64,000 bases of DNA from a virus (Duplodnaviria; Caudoviricetes), in the IMG/VR virus record IMGVR_UViG_3300048606_000186, positions 1 to 64,000 of that record. One strand, given 5' to 3'. Both the position numbers and the translations under genes were made by a program. Shown here one piece after another: positions 47,671 through 55,336 of this stretch (position 1 is the first letter of the stretch; each line of letters opens with the position of its first letter). A model generated the notes under the pieces. That model saw only the letters and a list, made by a program, of their open reading frames with translations. It was not told the DNA's origin and did not search any database.

Positions 47671-48101
47671 TTCCCCGGCCTCCACGCCGACAGCGACTGG
47701 TAATACCAGTGGTGAAGGAACCCGAGCGGCGCATGGCCGCCCATCATGCGCAGCCATAGCGCGCGGCCCGATCGTCCGTTGCCGTCGGTGAACGGGTGCA
47801 GGTCTTCATAGGCATGGTGAACCTCATATGGATCCGTGCCGTCGAGGATGTTGAACAGCCGGTCGCGGATTTCCGGACATCCGGGCGGTGGAACGTGATC
47901 GCCGACGTAAACATTCAGGCCGACTCGATCACGCAGCAAGGCGTCCGGTTGGACCACCGAGACGAAGCATTGCAACGACGCGATGCTGAGATCGGCGGTC
48001 AGGAACGTGGCATGCGCCTCGATTTCGGCAGCTGTCGCGGGCCGCATGATGCCTTCGATGCGGTTGCTCTCTTCCACGAAGAGGCGGAGGGTTGAGTTCA
48101 T
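47667..48101 (-). CDS. Stand-alone Fic-domain protein
   Basis: Intact HPFTDGNGRSGR motif; 'ESNRIEG'. Confidence 0.9.
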   Translation of the reverse strand: MNSTLRLFVEESNRIEGIMRPATAAEIEAHATFLTADLSIASLQCFVSVVQPDALLRDRVGLNVYVGDHVPPPGCPEIRDRLFNILDGTDPYEVHHAYEDLHPFTDGNGRSGRALWLRMMGGHAPLGFLHHWYYQSLSAWRPGK

Positions 48102-48925
48102 CCGATCATCTCCTGAAGCAATCGCGGCGCGCCCCAGCGACCGCCACCGAGCGACGTGAAGTGGCGTTGCAGCGTCTGGCGAATCTTCGGCCGCCAGTGC
48201 GGCGAGCAGCGCCGTTCCGGCACGATCGCCTCGTAAATGTCCTGAACCGGTGCCGCGCCGCCGAGCTCTCGCAGAGCGATCGACACCGCCTCGCGCCATG
48301 TTCCCGGGCGCGACAGTGCATCGCGCAGCTCGTCGCGCATCCCGTCGACGTCGCGCTTCTCGGCGAACAGCATAAGGCCGGCGACATAGCGGCGACCCGT
48401 CTTGGTGAACTTGGCCCAGGTCAGCGGCTTCGAAAGGCCTGGAAACAGGGTGCGCGGGATCAGATTCACGTCGATTGCGAACCGCTCCATGTAGCGGGCA
48501 ACGCGGCTCGGGGTCTGGAAGGTGTAGGCCGGCAGGATCATCGCGACCAGGCCGTCTTCCGGCAGCAGAACGTGGGCACGATCGAGCAGGGCATCAAGCA
48601 GCGCCATGTCGAACGGCGGGTTGCCGAGCAGCAGTTCTATCTTCCGCCCGGTCAAGTCCACGGTGAGGAAGTCGCCTTCGATAACGTCGCGGCCACTGGT
48701 TGCGCGCGCCACCGCGGCGGCCTTGGGATCGATATCGACGCCGAACGCGGGACAGGCGGCCGGGATAGCAGCGAGAAAGGCACCGGTGCCGCAGAAGGGT
48801 TCGGCGACATGCACCCTGCCGAGCCCGGCGAGCGCGTCCGCAACCAGTTCCTCGGCGGCCCAGAAGGGCGTGAACACCTGGTCGAGCGTAAGGTCGCCGG
48901 TACGGCTATGGGCGTCGATCGTCAC
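48098..48925 (-). CDS. DNA N6-adenine methyltransferase (gamma order) with C-terminal wHTH
   Basis: 'QVFTP', EPFCGTG, GNPPF; tail 'WREAVSIALRELGG....DIY...KIRQTLQ'. Confidence 0.88.
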   Translation of the reverse strand: MTIDAHSRTGDLTLDQVFTPFWAAEELVADALAGLGRVHVAEPFCGTGAFLAAIPAACPAFGVDIDPKAAAVARATSGRDVIEGDFLTVDLTGRKIELLLGNPPFDMALLDALLDRAHVLLPEDGLVAMILPAYTFQTPSRVARYMERFAIDVNLIPRTLFPGLSKPLTWAKFTKTGRRYVAGLMLFAEKRDVDGMRDELRDALSRPGTWREAVSIALRELGGAAPVQDIYEAIVPERRCSPHWRPKIRQTLQRHFTSLGGGRWGAPRLLQEMIG

Positions 48926-49545
48926 GCGGCACCCGGCGGCCGGTCGTGGGTGGCGTCGTAGTCGGGGTCGATCCAGCCATATTCCTCGGCCGCCGCCTGG
49001 AGCGCCGCCGGCACGGCGAGGCCCGCGGCCTGCATCAGGTGCCACAGATCGAACGAGCAGATCACGACGCAGCCGAGCGTCTCAGCGGTGTAGGCGACGG
49101 TTTCGGCGGTGCTGGCGGGAATCGGGTGGCGGGCGACGGCGCGACTGGGGACGCCGGCGACGATCAGCCGCGCATCCTCTTCGCACATGAGACGGGCGAA
49201 CTGACGCCGGGCGCCGGTTACCCGATCCTCTGCGTCAACGGCCCATTCGGCATCGACCGCCCAGGCCTTCAGGGATCCGTCGTCGAGCTTGAAGGCGTGG
49301 TAGGTTTCGACGGTGCTGTCGGCGGCCGCCCGCGCCCCGTCCTGAACTGGGCTGGCGAGGGCGCGGATGGAGGCTGCAATCTCTCGGCGGCAAATACTTG
49401 TTGGTGCCTCGCCGCGCATATATGCTTCCGACGCAGACGCGCAGGCCACCCATGCTTCGGCAATCTGGGCGCACCGCTCGATTAGCGCCCTCTCCCCCAA
49501 GCCCGCTGTCGGCTGGGCGGGGGTGGACTTGTCCTGCTCGGTCAT
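48922..49545 (-). CDS. Hypothetical protein
   Basis: Coupled by 4-bp overlaps on both sides. Confidence 0.55.
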   Translation of the reverse strand: MTEQDKSTPAQPTAGLGERALIERCAQIAEAWVACASASEAYMRGEAPTSICRREIAASIRALASPVQDGARAAADSTVETYHAFKLDDGSLKAWAVDAEWAVDAEDRVTGARRQFARLMCEEDARLIVAGVPSRAVARHPIPASTAETVAYTAETLGCVVICSFDLWHLMQAAGLAVPAALQAAAEEYGWIDPDYDATHDRPPGAA

Positions 49546-49853
49546 TCCGAAAATCCTCCGTCCTGTCGCATGGTCTGCCCGTTCACGCCGGTCAGCGATC
49601 CCGCGTAGGTGGAGTATGGCGCTTTCTTCATCTGCCCTCGATAACTGGCCGATACGATCACATCGGGGCCAGCCTCCCCAAGCGCCTTGTTGAACGCCTT
49701 CCGAACCCACGCTCGGACAACCCCAGTCTTCATCACCGACTGCTGATCGAAGCGGCGCTCAGCTATCACTTTCCCCCGGCCACCCACGATTTCGGCCTCG
49801 ACCCGGCACTGAAAATCGATCGTGCCCCTTTCCTCCGTCGCCTCGCGCGGCAT
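49542..49853 (-). CDS. Hypothetical protein
   Basis: ORF at the head of the modification operon; start uncertain. Confidence 0.45.
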   Translation of the reverse strand: MPREATEERGTIDFQCRVEAEIVGGRGKVIAERRFDQQSVMKTGVVRAWVRKAFNKALGEAGPDVIVSASYRGQMKKAPYSTYAGSLTGVNGQTMRQDGGFSE

Positions 49854-50021
49854 GATCAAAACCTCTCGCGCGGCTGCCGGACGCGGAAGCAAAACAGCCC
49901 GGCGATCACGGCGCAGTCGATTCGTTCCAGCGCCGCTGCTCTTCTCAATTTCCCTGACCATGGCGGCGTTCCCGAATCATGTTGCAGTCGATTCGTTGTC
50001 TACGCCCGCACCCGCCGTATC

Positions 50022-50038
50022 GTCAAGTAAAACCTGAA
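50022..50038. promoter_or_regulatory. Operator overlapping a leftward -35 (TTGACG)
   Basis: GTCAAGT-AAA-ACCTGAA. Confidence 0.55.
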
Positions 50039-50198
50039 ACACAGTTTTCGATTGACATTTCCCCGAAGCCTCGGCAGAGTTCGAGTCCCCCGAATGCGAC
50101 GCGGCTTCCCCCTGTGCCGCGTCCGCGCGCTGGCCCCGCCGTATTCCTCCTCTGGTGCGGCGGGGCCTTTGCGTTTCAGCGGTGCGCTTGGGGCAGAC

Positions 50199-50594
50199 CT
50201 AGCGGGCGAGCGTGGCCTCGAAGCGGGGCGACAGGTCCAGATCGCGCTCCCAGGCGATGCTCTCACCGCTGCAGAAGCTCGCGGCGGAACCGATGCCGCG
50301 GTTGCCGACCAGGACCATCACGCGGCCGTTCACCATCGCTCCTGCGAACACGACCCATCCTGGCTCGCCGCGGGGATCGTCCATGTCGACTTGGCCGCAG
50401 ACCGCCCGCGCCGTGCCGCCCCCTCGAGCGGGCATGCCGATCAGATAGACGCGGCGGAAGCGCGCCGCCGCCGGCTCCGGCAGGACGCGTCCGAGTTGTG
50501 CGATCGTCCCGTCGATTAGCGGCGTGTCGACAGCCGGCGGCGCCGGTGCCTGCGCGGCAAGCAATGCGGCGGCGATCGTCGAGATCATGTTCAT
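50199..50594 (-). CDS. Exported/periplasmic hypothetical protein
   Basis: Signal peptide 'ISTIAAALLAAQA', 'VCGQV' Cys pair; RBS GGAG. Confidence 0.6.
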   Translation of the reverse strand: MNMISTIAAALLAAQAPAPPAVDTPLIDGTIAQLGRVLPEPAAARFRRVYLIGMPARGGGTARAVCGQVDMDDPRGEPGWVVFAGAMVNGRVMVLVGNRGIGSAASFCSGESIAWERDLDLSPRFEATLAR

Positions 50595-50747
50595 TTCTCC
50601 GAGGGATGCCCTCGCGCGCGATGGTGCCGATTTCTCCGGCCCGGTCAAGCGCCGCCCGGATTTTTGAATCCCGGAGACTTGTTCATTTCTCCGAGGTGGT
50701 GCTGGCAGCCTGTCGCGGGGCGGACTTGTTCATTTCTCCGAGGTGGG
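50587..50747 (-). repeat. Three copies of an RBS+ATG cassette (CCTCGGAGAAATGAAC)
   Basis: 24-bp identical copies at 50677-700 and 50724-47; partial copy at 50587-606. Confidence 0.9.
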
Positions 50748-50786
50748 TTCCGCGCGCACCGCCGTTCCTGCTACGTTCCGCGCGAG

Positions 50787-51092
50787 ATGCGGACGCTGCG
50801 GGCGATCGATGAGGCGGGGCAGGATCTACGCCTATGGTGCTTCCGCTGCGGGCGCGGGGCGCGAGTCGACGCGATCATATGGCGACTGTTCGAAGCGCGC
50901 GACTGGGCCCAGGTGCTGCCGATGGCGGCGCGGCGCTTCCGCTGTACCGGCTGCGGCAGCTCGGACCAGGTGGCGCTCTATCCGGCGCGACGTCCGAACA
51001 GGGCGCCGGCGAGCGGGGCGAGCGTCATCGCTGGATATTTCCACCGCTGCCGGGCCGCGGCGAAGCACGCCAGGCGAGACCGGCGGACGTGA
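50787..51092 (+). CDS. Zn-ribbon protein
   Basis: 'WCFRCG...FRCTGCGS'; followed by a hairpin at ~51097-51121. Confidence 0.6.
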   Translation: MRTLRAIDEAGQDLRLWCFRCGRGARVDAIIWRLFEARDWAQVLPMAARRFRCTGCGSSDQVALYPARRPNRAPASGASVIAGYFHRCRAAAKHARRDRRT

Positions 51093-51158
51093 AAAACCCG
51101 CCCGGTTGCGAGCCGGACGGGATTCAGGTGGCGGGTTAGCAGTGGCGCCCTGGCCGGC

Positions 51159-51332
51159 CTAGCGCGGCCCGAACATGCCCCACAGAATGAAGGCCCAGAG
51201 CAGGATCACCGGCCCGATCAGCCATTTGTTGAAACGTCGCATCCTGGCGCGGGCTTCCCTGCGCCCCTCGCGCGTCGACATCACCGCACAGATGATGACG
51301 ATCGCCAGAACTACGGTCAGGCCGCCGGGCAT
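51159..51332 (-). CDS. Small membrane protein
   Basis: Two hydrophobic stretches. Confidence 0.45.
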   Translation of the reverse strand: MPGGLTVVLAIVIICAVMSTREGRREARARMRRFNKWLIGPVILLWAFILWGMFGPR

Positions 51333-51577
51333 GGCTTTAGCTCCACTAGGGCCGTGTAACGCTGACAGTCGCCGGCGAGCGCGCCAAACCGACATCCGTC
51401 ATGATGCCAACAGAAGCCGACGTCCTCGCAGTAGCAGATACGGCCGCCCATGAATGCGGCGAACAGATCGGCCTGACGCTTGTCCTCCCCATCGATACCA
51501 GAGGTGTCATTGTTGATCAGATAGCTCGCCCATGCCGACAAAGCGATTCCGGTGACGGGTTGCAAGGTCGCGCTCAT
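51317..51577 (-). CDS. Hypothetical early protein
   Basis: 'WASYLINNDTSGI' motif recalled from mobile-element early genes. Confidence 0.55.
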   Translation of the reverse strand: MSATLQPVTGIALSAWASYLINNDTSGIDGEDKRQADLFAAFMGGRICYCEDVGFCWHHDGCRFGALAGDCQRYTALVELKPCPAA

Positions 51578-52290
51578 GACAGATACACCTTGCCATCGTC
51601 GCCGATGTACGGGTTACATTCGCCCGCGGCGCCCGCAGCTCGGCTGAGCGGGCGTTCGTCATCGTGGCGATCATCGCTTTTCCAGTCGCCATCCCAGAAT
51701 CCTGCCCCGTGGCCGACTCGCGTCAACCAGAAATCATTCCCGGCGCGCGCCGCCAAGGTTCCATCCGCGCGGCCGGTGAAATTGTCATCGGTTATCAGGT
51801 GGCCGACGGCGTGGAGAAAGGCGCGGCAATCCTGTTCGGCTTCAGCCATGCTCGAGGGCGCGATATCGGCCGCGTCGTAGTTCTGATCGATCGGCTCGCC
51901 GCCGCTATCGTCGGATTCATCGTTCGAGCTCCACAGTGCGCAGCGGACATAGCCGGCGAGGAATTCGGCGACGTCGACTCCGTTCACCTGGGCTGGTTCT
52001 CCGATGACGTGCGGCGCCGGAAAATCGAAGGCCGCCACATAGGAGCGGAGCGCGCGAAGCTTGTCCGGATCCCCGATATATTCCGCGTCGCCGGTCGCTT
52101 CGCGCTCAATGGCAAACGGGAGGCAATCGGAATCGATATGCGCGACGATCGCATTCCGGCTGACCGCATCGGCAGGGCGGCCCAGGCTATCGAGACCATA
52201 CATGCAAGCGCCGGTGTCGCCTGACGTCATGTAACTGCCCCATTGCGGCGCATATTCGGCGGCTTCGGCGCGCGTCATTGCTTGAGTCAT
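51574..52290 (-). CDS. Hypothetical early protein (two-domain)
   Basis: 'PQWGSYM..GD.GACMYG' plus 'GNDFWLTRVGHGAGFWD'. Confidence 0.65.
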   Translation of the reverse strand: MTQAMTRAEAAEYAPQWGSYMTSGDTGACMYGLDSLGRPADAVSRNAIVAHIDSDCLPFAIEREATGDAEYIGDPDKLRALRSYVAAFDFPAPHVIGEPAQVNGVDVAEFLAGYVRCALWSSNDESDDSGGEPIDQNYDAADIAPSSMAEAEQDCRAFLHAVGHLITDDNFTGRADGTLAARAGNDFWLTRVGHGAGFWDGDWKSDDRHDDERPLSRAAGAAGECNPYIGDDGKVYLS

Positions 52291-52323
52291 GGCGTGATTC
52301 CTCCACTAAAACATGAAATGCGG

Positions 52324-53175
52324 TTAATTCGACTGCGCCAAGTCGGCACCGTCCGCGAAGGCATCCCAAAGCCGTTGCCGCCATGTGCCGCGCATATGTT
52401 CGTGGTCAGCGAGGATCCGGGCGCGTTCGGCGCGTGACTCGGTTATCTCCCGCCGCAGAATCGCCAGCTTGTCACGGAATGTCGCGCAAACTCGCGGCGT
52501 GTGAACCGCGCCCGCCGGCCTTAGGCTGCGCAGCTGGCGAAGCTCGCCGAGCAGCTCGCCGGCGAAGGTGCGGGCCGTGGCGATCGCTTCCCCCAGCCGC
52601 TGGAAATGAGCACCGTTGCTCCAGACTTCGTTATACTCGCGCTCGCGCTCGGCGTGACGCATCGCCGTCTCGTCACTCGCCATGACCGCTTCAAGCGACG
52701 CGGTGCCGGGAATATGGACGCCATCGTCAGGCTCGCCGCGATAAATGTTCCTCAGATCAAGGCGGGCAGCACCTGAGTCTTCATCGCGCCATGAGCCTGA
52801 GCATCTGATTGATCCTTCGCGATAACCGGCAACGTACATCGCGCGGCCGTCGCGGCCCGGCAACTGGTAGACGGCGCCGCGGTAGGTTTCTCCGTCTAAG
52901 CCGTTCGGCTCGCTGAAATATCCCTTGTGCTCAATCACGCGCTCCGTCATCTCATCGGCAAAGCCGACGAAGCGCAACCCGATGTCCGCCGGCCGCTCCA
53001 CCCAGCGCAGCTGATCGGCGCTCGAGCCGCTCAGACCGTTGCCCGGCAATTCAGGATAGCGGGGTGTTTCTTCGGCGATGTCCAGCCGCGCCAGTTCCAG
53101 GGCGCGGGCGGCGCTGCAGCCGCGCTGGCGCCAGTAGTGATAGGGCAACGCGATCGGTTGAGATGCAAGTGTCAT
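52324..53175 (-). CDS. Hypothetical early protein
   Basis: 'LRFVGFADE...RGAVYQLPGR'; RBS; operator half-site upstream. Confidence 0.6.
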   Translation of the reverse strand: MTLASQPIALPYHYWRQRGCSAARALELARLDIAEETPRYPELPGNGLSGSSADQLRWVERPADIGLRFVGFADEMTERVIEHKGYFSEPNGLDGETYRGAVYQLPGRDGRAMYVAGYREGSIRCSGSWRDEDSGAARLDLRNIYRGEPDDGVHIPGTASLEAVMASDETAMRHAEREREYNEVWSNGAHFQRLGEAIATARTFAGELLGELRQLRSLRPAGAVHTPRVCATFRDKLAILRREITESRAERARILADHEHMRGTWRQRLWDAFADGADLAQSN

Positions 53176-53304
53176 GGCTGAATCCCCTCTAGAACATGAA
53201 ACAGGGTTAAAACGATATGAGGCCGAGCAACCGGGCCGCCGGCAGAACGATGAATATGAACAGGTTTAAGGCGATGACGCTCGCCACTGCGATACGGGCG
53301 GGGC

Positions 53305-53823
53305 TCATCGGGGCGACTCTGGGATGGCGGCCTTGGCGCGCAACACATCGAGCGCTGCTGGCAAGCCTGCCACGGACAAATAGGAGTAACGAGATGTCTC
53401 TGGGCCGCACTCGGCAATGGTGCGATCGATCAGGTGCGAGGCATCAATGAAAACCGCATGAGCAATCTGGGTTTCCGCACCGCCATGGTCGACGCCCCAG
53501 CGCTCGCAAATTTCCTCGTAACTGTCATCGAGGAAACGCGTGTCGTTGGCGAGTCGGCGGGCGTGCGATAGGCTCCGCAGCGCAGCGGTGATACCGACTG
53601 ACCCGGACAGACCCTCGAGGAAGGCGCCGCCCGACATCCGATCCGAATTGAAGCGCACCTGAACGCCGCGGCTGTAGCGCGCGGTCAGTGCCTCGGCCGC
53701 GGCGATGATTGTCGCGTCGAGCTCGGGCGTGAATCCCGTGCGGCCTCCGCCAGGGTTGAATCCGCCGACATGCACGCCCGGGGAGCGGGTTATCAAGGGC
53801 GCGTCTGGTATTTGGTTAATCAT
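53305..53823 (-). CDS. Hypothetical early protein
   Basis: RBS AAGGGGAAACGAG-ATG. Confidence 0.55.
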   Translation of the reverse strand: MINQIPDAPLITRSPGVHVGGFNPGGGRTGFTPELDATIIAAAEALTARYSRGVQVRFNSDRMSGGAFLEGLSGSVGITAALRSLSHARRLANDTRFLDDSYEEICERWGVDHGGAETQIAHAVFIDASHLIDRTIAECGPETSRYSYLSVAGLPAALDVLRAKAAIPESPR

Positions 53824-53984
53824 CTCGTTTCCCCTTCAGGGCAGGCTTGGTTATCCAACGATGCGAGCGCGGCCGCGCACTTGCCGACGTGACAGTCGCA
53901 AGCGATAGTGTTGCGCCTCGAGCGACAGTGAGGATGATGAATCGAGCGGCTCCCGTGCTCAAGCGCATCCCTTATGAGGTTCAT
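53820..53984 (-). CDS. Small Cys/His-rich protein
   Basis: 'HHPHC...CDCH..KC'; same RBS cassette. Confidence 0.5.
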   Translation of the reverse strand: MNLIRDALEHGSRSIHHPHCRSRRNTIACDCHVGKCAAALASLDNQACPEGETR

Positions 53985-54172
53985 CTCGTTTCCCCTTTCA
54001 TGGGCTTCTGGCGATCGGGGCGCGCCTGGGCCGCAACGCAGCGGCGGCATGCGCCCGTGGACGTGTAGCGCTCGCCGCCGTGGCCGGACGTCCGGCTGCA
54101 GGGTGCGCCCGAGTAAAAGAGGGCTGCGCGGTGCCTTGCTGCTAGGCGAGCTGGATCTGGGCGGCGGGGCAT
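53981..54172 (-). CDS. Small Zn-binding protein
   Basis: 'YSGAPC..GHGGERYTSTGAC..C'. Confidence 0.55.
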   Translation of the reverse strand: MPRRPDPARLAARHRAALFYSGAPCSRTSGHGGERYTSTGACRRCVAAQARPDRQKPMKGETR

Positions 54173-54319
54173 GTCAGCGGCCCCGCATCGCATCGACGAT
54201 GAGCCCGATCCCATAGGCCAAATACATCGTGACTGCGGTGACGCTGACCGCGATCAATGCCGCCATCTCAAGAGTAACATGTTGCATATTCCAAGCCTCC
54301 ACTAAAACATGAAACGGGG

Positions 54320-54544
54320 TTAAATCGGGCGCACCGTCACGCCGATGAGAGTCAGGCCCGGTGCGAACTGCCGCCCGATGCGCTTGGCATGCTCGGCCCG
54401 CTCCTGTTCGGCGCGGTCACGGCTGATCATGTTGATCAGGCTTTCCGTTCCATCGCTCCAATGGCGCACAATCTGGCATGTCACGCGCGCGAATGCGGCG
54501 CGGATGTTGGCGGGGGTGCTACGGTCAGAGGCTATGCTGTGCAT
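54320..54544 (-). CDS. First early gene next to the cos end, hypothetical
   Basis: RBS before ATG 54544; operator at 54610-26 upstream. Confidence 0.5.
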   Translation of the reverse strand: MHSIASDRSTPANIRAAFARVTCQIVRHWSDGTESLINMISRDRAEQERAEHAKRIGRQFAPGLTLIGVTVRPI

Positions 54545-54638
54545 CTCAATTCCCTTCTGCGAATCACTCGATTCCCTATCCATCCTGCCTAAGCTAAATG
54601 GGCCGCTTAATCCAGTAAAACCTGAAACTCACTTCACC

Positions 54639-54717
54639 CTGGCCGGCGCCCGAGCTGCACGCGAACGCGCTCGAGGATGGGTTGCCCTACTGCGACTGGC
54701 CGGCGCCCGAGCTGCAC
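54639..54717. repeat. 22-bp direct repeat
   Basis: CTGGCCGGCGCCCGAGCTGCAC at 54639-60 and 54696-717. Confidence 0.9.
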
Positions 54718-54878
54718 CCTTCCGGACGCATGCCACCTGCAGCGCGCCGATCCACCGATTCCGCTTGGGTCTAGTTGTTACCAGTTGGCACAGCTTGCAT
54801 CGAGCTGCCCCGCGCCCCGCGATGCGACACATGTAGCATGTTGAGCGCGCGAAAACCGTTGCATTGTCAAGCGGTTAC

Positions 54879-54921
54879 GGGTCCCTCCTGCAACATGTGG
54901 CGCGGGTGAGGGGCGCTGAGC
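54879..54921 (+). other. Candidate cos site (cosQ + cosN)
   Basis: TTACGGGTCCC resembles lambda cosQ; 24 nt later GGGGCGCTGAGC matches 10/12 of the chi cohesive end as recalled (GGTGCGCAGAGC); chi-like position next to the primase 3' end. Confidence 0.65.
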
Positions 54922-55004
54922 CACCTTTTTCGGGAGTTTTCAGAAACCCCCTTAGAGCATAGTTCTAATTGTTACCGCATGGGACTGGTCGCCCCGATCG
55001 GCGG

Positions 55005-55288
55005 ACAGGTGGCACAGGTGGTCCAGGTACACCTGTGCCAGCAAAAACCGCAGAATTCCGCCGATTTATGGGCTTTGGACAGGTGGTACAGGTATTTCTA
55101 AGAACTAAATGAGGAGGGGGAATCCAAAAAGCTTGAGGCATGCTGACATGGACGACTGAAACCCTACAGAAGGGGGCCAGTAGAGAGTTTTATGGAAAAA
55201 CCTGTGCCACCTGTGCCAATCGCTCAAAAATCGGCGGAAATCCGCGCGTTTTTGGTGGACAGGTCCCCGGGACAGGTTGTGGACAGGT
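55005..55288. repeat. ACAGGT iteron-like array (ori or cosB)
   Basis: Plus-strand copies at 55005, 55014, 55079, 55088, 55259, 55272, 55283; inverted at 55031, 55200, 55209; AT-rich spacer. Confidence 0.7.
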
Positions 55289-55336
55289 CCCGATTTTCGG
55301 GGGTTGCCGGCTAAAAATATGCGCGGGTGCGCGGGT

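Noticed and set aside
50079-50088. tRNA (GTTCGAGTCC T-loop-like)
   Set aside because: No acceptor, D or anticodon stems can be built around it
50677-50747. CRISPR mini-array
   Set aside because: Only two full 24-bp copies with a 23-bp spacer, the repeat is an RBS+ATG, and there are no cas genes
53200-54612. CtrA boxes (TTAA-N7-TTAA) in early promoters
   Set aside because: Only single TTAA half-sites or wrong spacing were found
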